A stretch of 64,000 nucleotides of DNA from Rhina ancylostomus (GCA_030265395.1 JARFYF010000094.1:18800557-18864556); one strand, 5' to 3'; counted from the stretch's first letter, positions 1-14,292 are shown. Program-made: numbers and translations. Notes: generated by a model not told the origin, from the letters alone.

Positions 1-675
1 CAGATGGGGGAGGGAATCTAGTGGGTGAAGTATGTGGGTAGTCAGTGGATGGAACCAGGAGAGGCAGGCAAATAAAATGGGTGATGGGGTGATTAGGAGG
101 GGGTAATGGAAAGGGTAATGAAAATAGCAAGACTGGAGGTAGATTGGAAGTGGGGGGGGGACTGCAGAAAGTAAGGGTTACCTGAAATATCCTTCCCTTT
201 CAGATACATGGCTTCCTTTCCACTGTGGTTGATGGAGCCCACCCTGGCATTTCCCCTGGATGGTGATGGGGGACGAGATATAGGAACAAGTGTTGGACAT
301 CCTGTGGTTGCGGGAGAAAATGCCAGTGGTCAGGGAGGGGTGGGTGGGGAGGGATGAGCGACTCAGGAATTCATGGGGAAAGTGGTCCCTGTGGATGGCA
401 AAAAGGGATGGGGAGGGGAAGATATGGTGAGTAGTGGGATCTAGTTGCAGCTGGTGGAAATGATGAAGGATGATGTGCTGGATATGGTGGCTGGTAGAGT
501 GAAAGGTGAGGACTAGTGAGTCAAAGAAACTGGGAGAAAGGGATGGCATCCTTCCGAGAGACGGGGTGAGAAGAGGTGTTGTCTCGGTAGCTGTGGGAGG
601 CAGTGGGTTTATAGTAAATATCAGTGGATAGTTTGTCTCCTGAGATGGAGGTGGAGAGATCCAGGGAAGGGAGTG
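1..675 (-). mobile_element. Penelope-like retroelement fragment (RT C-terminus, linker and purine-rich pseudo-LTR)
   Basis: Minus-strand translation gives LDLSTSISGDKLSTDIYYKPTASHSY (PLE RT motif) and LVLTFHST..IQHIILHHFHQLQLDPTTHHIFPSP..RDH (linker before the GIY-YIG domain). Internally deleted and degenerate. Confidence 0.85.
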
Positions 676-771
676 AAGTACGTTTATAAACACGTTGAAT
701 CTGTCCTGTCCCAACATTACCTTCTAAGTGCCCTCACTCCGCTTGCTTAATAATGGATGTTCCACTTCCTT

Positions 772-1100
772 AATAGAGTTATACAGCATGGCAACAGGCC
801 CTTCGGCCCACCAGCTCTCTACTGATTATCAACCACCCATTTACACTAATTTTATATTAATCCATTTTTATTCTCCCCACATTCTCATCGACTTCCCCTG
901 GATTCTATCACTCATGTACAGACTAATTTACAGTCACCAATTAACCTCCAACCTGCATGTCTTTGGGATGTGGGAGGAAACTGGAGAACCCGGAGGAAAC
1001 CCATGCAGTCACAGGAAGATTATGCAAACTCCACATAGACGGGTCAGGATCGAACCCAGGGCTCTGGTGCTGTGAGGCAGCTGAGCCATTCTGCTGTCCT
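772..1100 (-). mobile_element. HE1/V-SINE-type tRNA-derived SINE
   Basis: Reverse complement shows a tRNA-like head (gggttcgatcc B-box), the gtggagtttgca..gggtttcctcc core and a CR1-derived tail (tgggccgaagggcctgtt..ctgtataactcta). Confidence 0.85.
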
Positions 1101-1339
1101 GCTACTGAAAGATCTCTACTGCTGTTGTAAAACTAACTGATCTGTAGATCCCCATTTTCTCTCCCCATTTTTCTTAAATACTGAGGTTATATTTACTACC
1201 TTCCAATCTGTGGGCTTAGTTCCAAAGTTTATGAAATTTTGGAAGATTTGTCATACATGATTTCTCTTTCGTAAGTCCACGTGACTCTGCCCAATCATGT
1301 TGTAATTGTTTTCTCATGGAAACAAATTACATTCTTACA

Positions 1340-1830
1340 GGCTCCTGTTCTTCTGTTTGGGATGATAAGAATCAGGGATCACAGTCTCAAAGTAAAAGGT
1401 TGGGCATTCAGGGTTGAACACAGCAGCAGGATTTGGCCACTTTGTCACTCGAGCCTGCCTGCCATTCCAATGACCATAACTTTTCTGCCTCAGGCCTCAA
1501 CTTCTCGTCTGTGCCAATTCCTTATAGCCGTCAGTTGCCTTCAACATTTATCTCCCTCCTCTTTAAATGATCTAACCTGCACAATCCCCCAGAGATTCCT
1601 CCACACTCTGTGAGAAGACTGATCAGACAAGAAGCTGCTCCACCTAGAAGATAGTCAAACTGTAGAACATGTCTACCCAAGAGGACCATGTAGACTCAAT
1701 TGCTGAGTATATTCAAGGCATGTGTTGATAGATTTTTGGATATTGAAGGCGAGGTAAAAGATTATCATATTGAATGGAGGAGAAGTCCTGAGAGATGGAA
1801 CTGCCTATTTCTGTTTCTATTCCTCATGTT
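1340..1830. mobile_element. Degraded CR1 3' fragments (a plus-strand piece interrupted by a minus-strand 3' tail)
   Basis: agggatcacagtctcaaa..aaggttgggcattcagg and gagtatattcaaggc..gatagatttttgga (plus) flank an antisense tail at about 1420-1615. Confidence 0.55.
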
Positions 1831-2629
1831 CTTAAGCATGCCATTATTTTGAGAGTGCAGAGATGGAACATTGTGATTGTTAAATATCCTATAGCAAATA
1901 CAATGCAAATCTACTAAGGTGTGTGTATTTAATTGGCCCTTTTCTAACGATAGGTCAGGTGTTAATATGCTACTATTGAATACTTCAGTTAATACTTCTG
2001 GAATGCCATAACATATCACTCTTTTCCTCTACAATGAAGACTTAAACTTTTAAGACATTTTTATGCTCATTTTCTTCAGGTACAACTAGCCCAGGATCAC
2101 TCTGCATAGCTCACTCAGAGAGAGGTCCTTCTTTACTACCCCCCTTGCAGCATGATTTCAACGCAGCAGGGTTTAGTGCGAGCATGTGTCCAACAGCCAT
2201 TACTTACTCTAAAAACACAGCTAAATTGCCACACCAGCTACTGCACTCCATTAACAGCAAACATAATCCCATTAACAGATGTTGGCTTGTCTGATTTTCC
2301 ATACAAAAAAAATCCCAGCATGCAGGCCTTTGATGTACAGGCAGTTTATTGAAATCTCTGTGAGGGCAACCCACCACTCTTCAGCCCACAGGCTCAGGCG
2401 GTTTAGATTCTGGCAGATGTGAAAAATCAGGGCAGTGATCCCTGATGCAGGTCACACTTCATCTTGAGGTTTACAGAAGGTGATCATATCCATTCCTCAC
2501 ATAAAATCATGCAATTTATAATGTCAAAATGCCATTGACACCAAGGTAAAGACTTAAAAAAAGACAAAAATTCATTCAAACTTCAGAGTTTTGCTAATAT
2601 TGGATGATGTATTGCTAAATTTAGATATT

Positions 2630-3256
2630 GGGCCAGAATTTAATGGCATGCACATACAAGTCATGCAGCAGAAGCACAATTAAATCTGAAAATGAAGAAT
2701 TTTCTGTCCATGATGTTCTGACTGTGTTGAGCTTTGCAAAAATCCTGCTCACTGATTCACCATTCAGACTGATGTAACATTTCTGCCTTTGCAGAGTAAA
2801 CACAAAATAAGCTTTCCTTAGAAGTGAGTCCATTTCATTCTACTTACCTTTCCAGGTGTGACAAGAGCCTGTCGACCCCCTTGTACCATACCTAACCTGT
2901 TCCTTCAGATTTTAAATATCTTTGGAGATTTAGTTATTCGGATATTTTCTTTTACTTTCTGTCTTGTTTTTAATATCCAATCTTTCCTTTTCTCTTTCAG
3001 CATGCGACATGAAACTAAATTCACCCATTCTCATTTACACTTCAGCTTCATTCCTTGTGCTGTTTATTTCAGAATCATTCAGGTATGATTGATTAATGGG
3101 GAAATGCCGTTGCTTGTCTTATTCCCAGATGCCCTGTAGAGGGAGTGTGCTACTTCAATCTGGCAGTTACAGCAAAGCAAAATACCATGGAGATTAAATG
3201 GGAAAGGATGCCTAACTAATGGCAGTTAGTTCATTGGTTACAACAAATTCTGGGCC
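2630..3256. mobile_element. Non-autonomous DNA transposon (PIF/Harbinger-like MITE)
   Basis: Terminal inverted repeats GGGCCAGAATTT / AAATTCTGGGCC (11 of 12 match), each flanked by ATT as a 3-bp target-site duplication. No coding capacity. Confidence 0.6.
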
Positions 3257-5265
3257 ATTACTTTTGGAAAACTCCTAGCTAACACTGACTAATACTTTCT
3301 GAAGGAGTCTGCTCCAACTGTTGCATTTTGTTTTCTTTGGTACATTACCCTGTAAAACTATATAACCATAAAGAGTCCTTTATGAGCTTCCCAATGTTTC
3401 ACCAGTCAGATGTTCCTCATGGTGTGTACTGAGCCACACAAGTATGAAAAGTTCCATTTCCATCCCTGTGGCGATGGAGACTGCACTGTTACAGAAAAAC
3501 ACATTGCGGGGATGATATGCAGTGAGTGAATTTGCTCTTTGTCTTATTTTTTTGAAGAATGTGGGAAAGCAAATTACAAATTCTAAATGGAAATATCAAC
3601 ATTATCCAATGTACCTTACTTTGTTTTGCTGTCATAAATTTTATAGGTTTCTAAAATGTACCTCAGAGGCTGTAAATTTTAACTCATTAATTACCATTTT
3701 GTGGAAAGATGATTTTAGAAGGCAGAAGAAAGGAATTCTGATTAATTTGCAGCAATAGTACATGCCAATGTACAATTTTGTGCAAAACTGTAAAGTTTTA
3801 TGCTTTAAACTCTCAGCTGTTCAAAGCTTCAGTGTCAGATTTATGGTGATGAACAAGACCTTTGACTAAAGCAGGCTTCAGTCATTCACCTTGTTTTTGC
3901 ATTGAGTTTGAAGACAGGCAGATAATGTTGATGAGGAATTGGCATGTAATGAGATATAGAGCTCTAGTTATTTTACTTAGATCAAAGGGACTGGTGTGTG
4001 ATGAGCTGAGACCTCTTAGAAGCAACACTACCCTATGTAATTTTGAAACTATCCCGATGAGTTTAGTTGCCAAATATTTAATAACACTATTCACATCCTC
4101 TGTTTCCTTTTCTTACTAGCACAGGCTTACAGCATCTGTGAACACAGTCTTTCCAGCATCTATCATGATATTGACCACCTATTGTTATTCAATGGTAAAA
4201 TTATGATGGGCAGAACATACTACAATAATTCATATAAACTGGTGCTGAATCCATTCAGCATTGCACCTCTGGACCTGACACTGAAACCTTCCTTTGAGCA
4301 TTCTCTAGCCTGCTCAGTTCTTACCCTCTCCTGCACATGTGCTTCGCTGTTACACTTCTCTGCAACACTTGTGGTCTTATGAAGTGGTGTCACGGGCTTT
4401 GTTATCCTGAAATAAACACTCCCTTGCTCCTGCTTTTAAAATGCAACCTGTATACTGATCTGATAGAGCAGCATCAAAGCAGCTCTCAGCATATTGAGAG
4501 TTTCTGTGCAAGAAGCAACATCTGTTGTTGAAAATTATCGATTTTGTTTTAGAGGAATGAAACCTTTGCAATTCGTATGAAATAAGGATTTGTATGTGGA
4601 GAGCAGTGTGGAATATGGGTAGAATCAATAATCCCAGTACCCTAGAGAAATTAGTTAATTCTAGAAAATATTAATTAAAAAATTATGGCCCTATCAGCAT
4701 CTACTCTCTCTAAACTGAACAAATCAGTACAGCTGTTTCATGTGACTTTGGGGTGCAGAATGCTGACCCCTGCAAATGTCCATCAAAACCTATAAAACGG
4801 GCTCAGGGTTCTCCCCCAGCATATGCATTATAGCAAATTCCTGCTTGCAAAGGAAAAAACACAGAGGAGAGAGCAAACAAACTTCTTAAGAAACGAAAGC
4901 ACAGGAGAGAAAGTTAGAAACTAAAATACATAAAATTAAAACCACTCCCATGTTTGGAAAAGCTGCTATTTTATTTTAATCTTTGCTCCATTTAATACCA
5001 TTGACATCATATTGAACTCTGAGTGAATTTATAGGGTGCAGACACAAAAGTTGACAGTGGTATCTTTGATAAAATTGCCCAAATTGAATCCATGCAAATA
5101 CCAGTGATATCAGTGAACATAAGAAACAGAAGCAAGACTAGGCCCTTTGAGCAGGCCTTGCCATTCAATAAAATCAGACTGATCCTATCTTACTTGCAAG
5201 AACAGAAATGAGATCTGTTTGGCAAATTTATGACATGGAATAATATCAATTTGAGAGCTTTTGTG

Positions 5266-5311
5266 CAGGGTAGTTACAGCTATCAATGTTACAGGGTAGT
5301 TACAGCTATCA
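5266..5311 (+). repeat. Short direct duplication (cagggtagttacagctatca x2)
   Basis: Exact 20-nt repeat with a 26-nt period. Confidence 0.85.
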
Positions 5312-5631
5312 TTGACTAGAGAATAATCTAACACAATAGAGAAAAATGATTTTGTTTTTTATTTTTATAGTCACGCAAATAGTAAAATAAAGAAAAATAC
5401 TGTTTGGCTCACTCTTGAAGTACACGACAAATTGTGTAGCTGCCCTCTCCAAAGTAAAAAATATGTAACAGGCTTTAGTTTGGAAGTGCATTTTGAGGTT
5501 GGAAATGCATGTAGGATATCTGCGACTTTGCACATACAGTCTACTAACTTCAACATTCCCAAGCCTTGTTTATGCTTTTATTCAAAGACCTTCTATTACT
5601 TCACAAAACATTTACTTTTCACTTGATAAAC

Positions 5632-5637
5632 TTTATT
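5632..5637 (-). promoter_or_regulatory. Candidate polyadenylation signal (AATAAA) for EFCC1
   Basis: First minus-strand AATAAA I found after the stop (about 1.3 kb downstream), followed by a GT/T-rich tract. Further hexamers lie at about 5577, 5358 and 4970. No transcript evidence. Confidence 0.3.
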
Positions 5638-6972
5638 ATAGACCCCTTCACAAAACTTCTGAGAGAATACAGTGAAACACACTGGCTCAAGTTCGGGGAA
5701 AGTCAGCTAATTGTTAGTTAATTTCCTTTATAAGTGGTGCAGTTTATGGCTGTCTGAACACATCTACTTAAGCAGTCTAATGGATCATTCACTGGTCAGG
5801 TTAGGGACTTAAACCACAACTGAAGCCAGCACTCACAACCTTTAGATAGGACCATGTGGAACTTGGAGATGGCTACAGTTACAGCTTGTTGTCAAAGTAA
5901 TACTGCATGGGAGCTTGCCCAATAACTCCACTGTTTGGAGCTGGAGACTCTGACTATGCTTTGCTGCTGGGTTATTCACATCATCAATTTTTTTTTGAAG
6001 GATTCCTGGAGAGAAGTGTCAGGAGCATCAGTACAGACTTGTTGATTGACTTCAGTTCCAGAGACCACATTTTACTGATGTGCTGCCAATTAATTTAACT
6101 TTTGTTTGGCTACCAGGACCAATGGAAATATCTGTTTCAATTATAATTGGCTCCATGGTTCTAACTTTGCTTAATTCAGCTTACAAATCGCAAATATTAT
6201 AGCTGGCTTCTTGTGGGTATAAATTTCAGTACAGTTATTTTAGAATTGTTCTCTAAATTTATCAGGTATATTTTGTGTATGATATGGGACTGGAATAAAT
6301 ACATATATACAATGCTGCAATAATATCTGTAGTAGCAGCAGCGCTGATGGTTAAAAGAAATCCCTCTTCACTGGTACCTGCGATTGTGTCTGGATCATAG
6401 CTAAAGCATTTAATTTTCCATTTGAGTTGTTCTGCTATCTGTATTCTTCACTTCAGCTATTTATGTCAGGAAGTCTGATCCAATAAATATTTCGTACACT
6501 CAGTGGTACTCTGTAGGAGGTAAATCTGTCATTTTTTGTGATTTTGTCTAATAAAAATATATATTTCATATTTGTGGTTCCCAAATGATACATGTTTTCA
6601 GCCAATGTTGTTATGTTTTCTTGTTAGAACTTAGACACATTTTAATGATAATCTAACATTTTGGCTGTTCATTTAATACTACTAAAAGACACAACTATTT
6701 CTTTTGACCCAAATGCATTTGTTAACCATTCCTTATTGGACAATTCCCTATAATTCTCTTCCTCTAATAGTAAAGATTAACAAATATGAGCTGGAACTAC
6801 AGTTAAGGCTCTATCCAGTAAAGCAAGTTGATCTAGCTGACAAGTTTAACATTGTGTTAAGTAAGGTGCATAAGATAGTTTTACAAACTCGCTCAGGGTA
6901 CAGGAATTGTATATTTATAGGAAACATTTGAAGTGCTTGATGAACAAATCAGCAAATCCAGTTTGCGGAACC

Positions 6973-7106
6973 TCAACACGAGATAAGCAGTGGATTTACC
7001 AGGGACTGGTGACTCTGAGCCTTTTCCAAAGACTTGCTGGATAGAAGCTCACAAGCAGCAAGTTCATGATACAAGGCATTCAGTACCTCCAGAATGTGAG
7101 CCTTTC
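6973..7106 (-). CDS. EFCC1: EFCC1 terminal coding exon, ending in TGA
   Basis: Acceptor tttctttcttacag|. Encodes (G)KAHILEVLNALYHELAACELLSSKSLEKAQSHQSLVNPLLISC*, with the stop at 6975-6973. Confidence 0.92.
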
Positions 7107-10100
7107 CTGTAAGAAAGAAACAATTATCATTTGTTTTATATATGAACAATTTATCTTTTCTGCCACTGTTGCTTGGGGTTGTTAGACACAGGTTCTAACT
7201 TCTTAGGCTAACTTCTAAGGCACCCTTTCCCATTTTCATAGGAATAATAAAGTGCTTCTTTGTCGACCCAGAACACAGGGCAGAGAATGATACTGTCCGT
7301 TGTAATAACAAAAGCGAAAGAAATCCATTGAAGGGGAACAGCAGAATGAAATCTTAACTCAAAAATATGATTCAAACTCAAAAACAGGCTCTGTAAATTA
7401 CAACACATCTGAATTCTGAATTAAAGTGTAATGATTAACAACATAGGTAATTGCAGCAGATACACTGTGTACTGCTAAAACCTGCAAATAAACTTGATCA
7501 ATTAATCCTTGATGATTTCAATCTCCATGTCAGCTTCATCTGCCTCTCTCCCTAAAGACTTCAGAGATCTTTCTGAATCTCTCCCCACCTGTAGTTGTAG
7601 CTATTCTCTTTATCACCAGAAAATATTTTGGTGCTACATCAGCTCAACCACCAGGCCTAGAGACAACTCCCAGGCCTAGAGACAGCTCCCAGCTGATTTT
7701 CTTGACAATAAAACAGCATTGTAGGTCACCCTAACAATGTCTGTAAAAGCCACATAAAAAGCTAGAGCTTCAATTGTGAGGTTCAAAGAACAACGATGCC
7801 AGGTTTTCTTGTGTAGTACTGACATTGTTGGTTTCAGCACAGTGTTCCCTATTGATGTGTTACATATGTTTACAGTTCTCAGCAAGTAGCATAGCAAATG
7901 TGACCTTTGCAGTCACCTCTTGATGGGACATAGGGACAACACCCTTACAGCCACGTAGGAGTAATGCCACTGAACATGGATGCAGAAGTGATAAATGGGG
8001 AAGACAGAAGGGCACTGGGGATTGGGGGGGGTAGACGGACTTGTTCAAGCTGGTGAAGAAGAATGCACACAGAAGGCATGTTCTATGTTCCAGGAGCCAC
8101 AGTGAGTCTCAAGATGAAATTTTCCAGGTATAAGGCTGCCTGGGAGGTGTGAGTGCAGTGTCCAATTGCCTGTATTCTCAGGAAGCCTACAATGGAGGTA
8201 AATGCCTACATCTGCTTTGTTTTCTCCTGTGGGCTAAAAGGAAAAAGAGATGGTCTCCTCGCCTTGAGGATGGAACTTGGATGACCTTCCTAGTGCAGCA
8301 GTGAGTGGCAATCTGGGAAACATGATGGAGATCAGCACCAGCAGCAGGTTGAGGCTGGGAACCAGAGACTGACTGTGATACTGACCCTGATCCTGACCTC
8401 CATCAGTGAAGCGATGAAGCACATAACTGAGATTGTGTTTGAAGTTGAAGGAGGTCAGAGATTGCAGTACGCCCAAAGAACTGTCAGTTCAAATCAGTGA
8501 GGTTGAAAATCTCAATGCAGGCATCACTGGGGGAGTTATATATTGGGGAAAAAGTGTTAGCATTATTACCATGTATATTGTTCACTCTGTTAGTTTCACA
8601 CAAGCAAGGAATTTCTTTGCACTCTGGTGTATATGACGACAAACTGTCTGTAATCTGAGAACAAAAATCCCACTGTAAAATGAGGAGGTAAACTTCTTGG
8701 TGGGTAGTTAAACACCCAAAAATGTGTGCAAAATCCTGTAATCCCAAGTTAAACCAATTTTCAATAACACCTTTTATAGGAGTTGTATGAATAAATATCT
8801 AGTACTCTGATTCTAAACTCTTCCACCCTCATATTTTGTCCTGTTATTAGAGTCCAGACTTTCAGTCACTTAATTCCCATTCTCTGGAAATCTTACTTAA
8901 ACTCACCCTGCTTTTCCGCCTCTTACTGTTCTTTTAATACCATTATTAAAACTCATACCCTTGCCCAAGCTTTTTATTATAATGCCCTTCATTTAATTCT
9001 GTGAGGTACTCAGGATTGTTTCTTGAAGTAAGTGGAGTAACACACGTGTGGCAGGTCATAATCTGTTCTTTGTACTTTGCAAGCTCCAGTGTTTAAGCAG
9101 ACAAGTCTATATTTAAAGTTCAATCTTATCAGTAGGGCTGAAAAGTGCAACCTTGGAGGTAAGAGTGTTATTAGGTTGAATAGGTAACCTTGCATGTTTA
9201 CCTGTTCCTGTTGAGCAGATGAAATTCACACAGTATGTTTTGAAATACATTCTCATATTGAGAATGTTTCCAAGTCAATCACAACTATCTAGAAATCTGA
9301 CCAGATATTTCTTGTTGCAAAGCACCCTCGTGTCATTGATACAATTTCCATGCCAGCTCTTCACAGGTGGCATCATTTTATACATTGCCTAGGAAATTAG
9401 GTTCATAGTTTTAAAGTGGGCCACCCGAAGATGGGTACTCACTCCAAGAATGTTGTTTTTTTTCTAAATTCTGCATTCCTGGGGCTCCCCACTGGTCTAT
9501 CACTGTGAGAGTGACCTCCAATGACTTCTTCCATCCTAATCTTCGAACCTGGCCACAGTCTCAGACTCTCCCATCTCCAGAAGGCCAAAGGCCCTGATCT
9601 CCAGGTACCCTTCCCTGGGCCTCCTGAGACCCCGGTCCCCAAGTACTCTACCACCACACAGATATCCTTATACCATCACCAACCCCTCCCCTTCTGGCAT
9701 TGATCTCAAAGCTTCCATCTTTGACCACCCACCCAGATCATCCGGACTTCAACCAGCTTCCAACTGTTGGCTACATCTCACCCATAAATGCTCTGTCCAA
9801 AATTACTCAACTACTTTTAAACATGTTTTTAACCATGCAGATGAATTTCTAAAACAAACTTTTTTAACACTAATTAAATGTTTTTTGTTCATTGCCTTTA
9901 TTTTCTCTTTATACAGACACAGGTTGAAGGCTCCTGTTTGTCTTCTCTTTCTGACATTTTCTATTCTATGTATTCTCTTCAATTGACAAAAATGTTCTCT
10001 CACTATCTTCTACAGTCCAGGATACATTCAACACTGGGTTTTAAGTTCTAGCTACTTTATATGAACCTGATGATACTTCTTTACAATCAGCAGACTTTGG

Positions 10101-11308
10101 CAGTATATTATGTAAAAATTCAAGATTTAGAAAGGACAACAGAATAAAATGAAAATGTCATGAAAAGGAAACTAAAGATTGGCCTGTTAGTATGTGGAAT
10201 TAGGTAATATGAGGTAGTATGTATGCATGTACAGTATGTATGTGGAATTCCCCATATGGTAAGTTCCACACCAAGCCGTCCTATCTTGTTAATCTGAAGC
10301 ACTTCTTACTGTATACTTCATGAGCAATATTGCGAGTGGCCAAGGAACAGACTATATTCTCCGTGGTCAGGGAATGAGCCTGACCTGTGGTAACCCAAAT
10401 AGTGTACAGATGAAGAAAGCATGGTGCCAATAAAATAATGCAAGACAGTGAAAGGACCTAGAAGAAAACTTGAGGGTGATAATAACATACAAGACATGAT
10501 TTTAAAATTTCAAATGTATGACATAACCAGGAATAGAGAAGGAATTGAAAAACTGGTGACATACTAGTCAAATCAAGAGGACAACATCAGCAAAATCTGT
10601 TTTTTGTTAACCTGAATACTTTTAAAACATGTCATTACTTAACATCCTGCCTGGCTAGATAGTTCAACGGCTGTTTATATACTTGAAATAATCCTGGAAT
10701 GCAAGACATGACAAACATTAGTCTTCCAAAGACATTATGCTACAGAAAAGTATTTTCATTGTACTGCTATGTTGGCATATTAAATGCATCATAGCATCAC
10801 AGAATAATGCAGAAGAGAACATTCAGTTCACAATACCTGGGCTGGCTCTTTGGCAGAACGATCCAATTAATCCCTTGCCCCTGCCTTTTCACTCATTGCT
10901 CTGAAATTTATTTTCCCCCTCAAGTATTTACTTGGACTGGATTGTCCTTGGTCTGGCCTGCTCACCATTGTGCCGATTGGCCCACACCAATCTGTGACAG
11001 ATATGAGCTGATCCTCCAAACCTGACAGATGTACAACAAGAGGAAGGGGGCTGTAAGTGGTGACTACTACTCAGGCCCTGCTTCTAGAATGGCCAGGTGT
11101 CTTGTGACAGTTCACTGCGGTCAAAACCTTTGAACTGTTTATAGGTCTCTGATAATCAAGACTTCAAAAACTGTTTAATTAGGCTTAGTAATGTTAAAAA
11201 ACAGATTATTCAAAATAAGTAAATTTAATTTAAAACTCCTTAAATTACTAGAAGTTAACGGAAAACATTTCAGCATCTGGCTCGCCTGTTTCTGTTTCTC
11301 TTTCTCCC

Positions 11309-11423
11309 CTTAAACTCACTGGGTCCCTGGTCCCACATTCATTTTAAACTCACCAGGGCTCCATTTCCCATCCTCCCTTTAAATTCACTGGGTTTTATAT
11401 CCTGCATTCCCATTAAAATCACC
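11309..11423 (+). repeat. Degenerate ~35-bp minisatellite, about 3.5 units
   Basis: A ttaaa(c/t/a)tcac motif recurs at about 11310, 11344, 11379 and 11413, followed by similar pyrimidine-rich spacers. Confidence 0.6.
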
Positions 11424-11949
11424 TAGTTCACTGAAAAAGGTATTATGTTATTGTGTAACATCTAAAAAGAAGTGACTTAAAAGTGTGTTGGGATATTAAT
11501 AGGAGTAAAGTCCAATAATCCAGGAAATTTGCAGGTCCAGCACCAGAAAGACCCTGCTTCATTCGGGCAGTGCATTTCAGATCAAATTGATTGATCTCTG
11601 CAGAAAGATTTTCCCATATTGCCATTGGTTCTGATGTCAACCATCTTAAATCTGTGTCCACTAGTCTGCCAGTTTTTCCTTATTCACCATACTAAGACCA
11701 TTTATGATCATAAATTGTGTCTCCATTCTAAGTAGAACACTCCAACTTCACCATTCTATCCTTCTAAAGTCACTTACCCTGGTATCATTTTGCAATTTCA
11801 CCAAGGCCTTCATAGCTCATGAAAATGGGCTGTTATACCCAATGGATTTTATTATTCCACTTTGGTAGATGATATTCTTTCAAAGTATAAATCGAATGAG
11901 AAGGAAAGGCATTTAAACCAAAAGGTCAAGGGTCAGATTGACAACGTTT

Positions 11950-12610
11950 GCAAATGGGACTTGATCAAGTAGGCAACTTGGTCAGCATGGATGAGTTGGG
12001 CCAAAGGGCCGATTTCCTCTATAGCAAGACCACATATCCCCTGGGCTTCACTTTCATCAGTCTCTCTTGTGGTCAGATTACAACATATTGTACAATCATG
12101 ACTTCATTGCTGGAGTTGGAGTTAATGAATGTAGAAAGTTTACTGCAGTTATACAGGGCTTTGGTCGGACCATGCCTGGAGTACTGTGCTCAGTTTTAGT
12201 TTCCACATCCAAGGAAGAATATATATATCTTAGAGGTTCTCTAGATTGATTCCTGAGATGGGACGTACTTTCAATAAAACATACCAAATCTTAGAGTGCT
12301 TTTTGGGTAGATGCTGAGTGGCTGCTTCCTTTGGCTGAGAGATCATAATCTCATAACAAGGAGTCAGAAATTTAGGACTGAGATGAGAAAAAATAGCTTC
12401 ACTCATAGGATTGTGAACATTTGGAATTCTCTACTCACTAATCACTTGATAAATATGTTCAAGACTGAGATTAATGGATTTTGGGATACAAAAAGGATTA
12501 AGGGGCCTCAAGATAGTGCTGGAAGGTGGATTTAATGTAGAAATTCTGCCACAATCTAATTGAATGTTGGAGCAGACTGGGTGGACTGTATATTCTACTT
12601 ATGCTGTCTT
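11950..12610 (+). mobile_element. CR1 LINE 3' fragments
   Basis: LLQLYRALVGPCLEYCAQF and RDHNL..FRTEMRKNSFTHRIVNIWNSL are CR1 ORF2 C-terminal motifs. A separate 3' tail (ttgggccaaagggcc) lies at about 11995. Confidence 0.85.
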
Positions 12611-14292
12611 TACCTTTAAAGTCCATTAATCAGCAAGATCTGAAGGCTTCATAATTAAGAGACCACTCCTTTTATTTTAAAGTATTATTTCAATAATTCG
12701 TAAGCAATTTTCAGTCAAATTTAATATAATATTTCTCTGCCTGATCATAACAAAAAAATTAAAGCACCCCTCCCAGTCCTGTTGACAAATAAATTTAGTT
12801 TAGAAACTAGCAAATGCTTATAACCAATCAGACTTAAAGTTGGAACTTATGTCCCTTCCTTCTTTAAATGTTTCCAATCCAAATATCTGCAGACTCAATA
12901 GGTTTTTCAGCCATGTGTGATTTCTGATTCTCTCCATCTCCTTTTGTTGCACATGCCCTTTTGAGTCAAATAGGCTAGTGCCAACTTCCCAGCAAAACTT
13001 CATCTTTTGCTATCTGTTGCTGGGTTGAGGTGATTGCAGTCATCCTTCAGTATATATGAATGACTCTGGAACAATCTGATGAACTCCATTCTCTCTAAAT
13101 GTGAAACTTCTGACTGACACTTTGTACCCAATCGCTGCACCAAATAGACTTTTCCAGATAACTTGTGTGTCATGTGGACTTAGTATTTAATGCATTGAAA
13201 TGGATTTAATGGAACAGCTTTGTAGATATGTTCTTAAAGTTCTTACTAGTTTCTGCTGAAGTACACAATAACCACAAAATCTTAATTTACTAGCTAACCA
13301 TAGGGAACTTCTAGTAGAATTTCTCAGTGCATGTGACATTTTATAAATCATGCTACCAATTTGTTTTTAATAAATTCAAAAACTTCTGCACCTGTCAAAA
13401 TTAGCAGATTTGTCAATAAACTTGAAATGCCCAATATGACATTGGATTTGGAAATTTTTCAACAAGTACTTATTACTTCTGAAAGCTACAGAGTTATAAT
13501 ATTTATGATACAGTTCACTTACTATATTGAAAATGTGTCTATGATAAAAATAATACTGTTCTCATCTTTCCCAAATCTCCTCCCCTCAATTATCTATTAT
13601 CTTTTTCCTCTATGGTGAATTTACGGAAATTCCATCAACAGCTAGTATTTCAGTCACATGTTTATGTTTACTCACTCCTCACAAACTTCCATCATTTCTT
13701 GATTAATGACAAAATAATAAATGGTATTGGAGTAAAATTTCACATTTACCTCCTGCAAAGTAAGCAACACCTGGGTGAAGCACAGTCAATAAAATCTGGT
13801 GGAGAACTTCAACAGATAGTTTTTTTGCACCTGTCTATTTTTGAGCATCTTAGCATTTCATCAGCAAAAATGGTTATATAACTTTCTCACTGTAACTTGG
13901 TAGGAATGACATTTTGGAGTATGACAATTTACCTATGCAATGAAGCTAAGCCTTCTCATTGGACTTTTAATCATTGTCTCAAGGATTTGACCTGATGCCA
14001 TTATTTTTACCATCATTGGATAGCAGAGATGGAATTCCCCTGGGACTTTGATATCCATGTGGCATTCTCTCATTCCATTCTTGCTTTATCTATCTTGACT
14101 GTGCCTTCTCCATTTTATCACATGTTGCACATCTTCTCCCTTCCACCACAGATGCAACAGACTGACTTTTATTTGACTTGTATGCATACTGTCAAGTAAA
14201 TCAGTAGAGTATTCTTTTACTTGCTCTTTGTATATGCTGTGAAGGACAAAGTAAGAACCAGAACATTCACACTATTTAATTTGTTTACTCAC

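Noticed and set aside
178-717. 179-aa ORF as a host gene
   Set aside because: Frameshifted Penelope-like retroelement sequence.
1020-1100. tRNA-like B-box
   Set aside because: Head of an HE1-type SINE; no cloverleaf.
11309-11423. Repeat-spacer pattern superficially like a CRISPR array
   Set aside because: Eukaryotic context, degenerate units with mutually similar spacers and no cas genes; it is a minisatellite.
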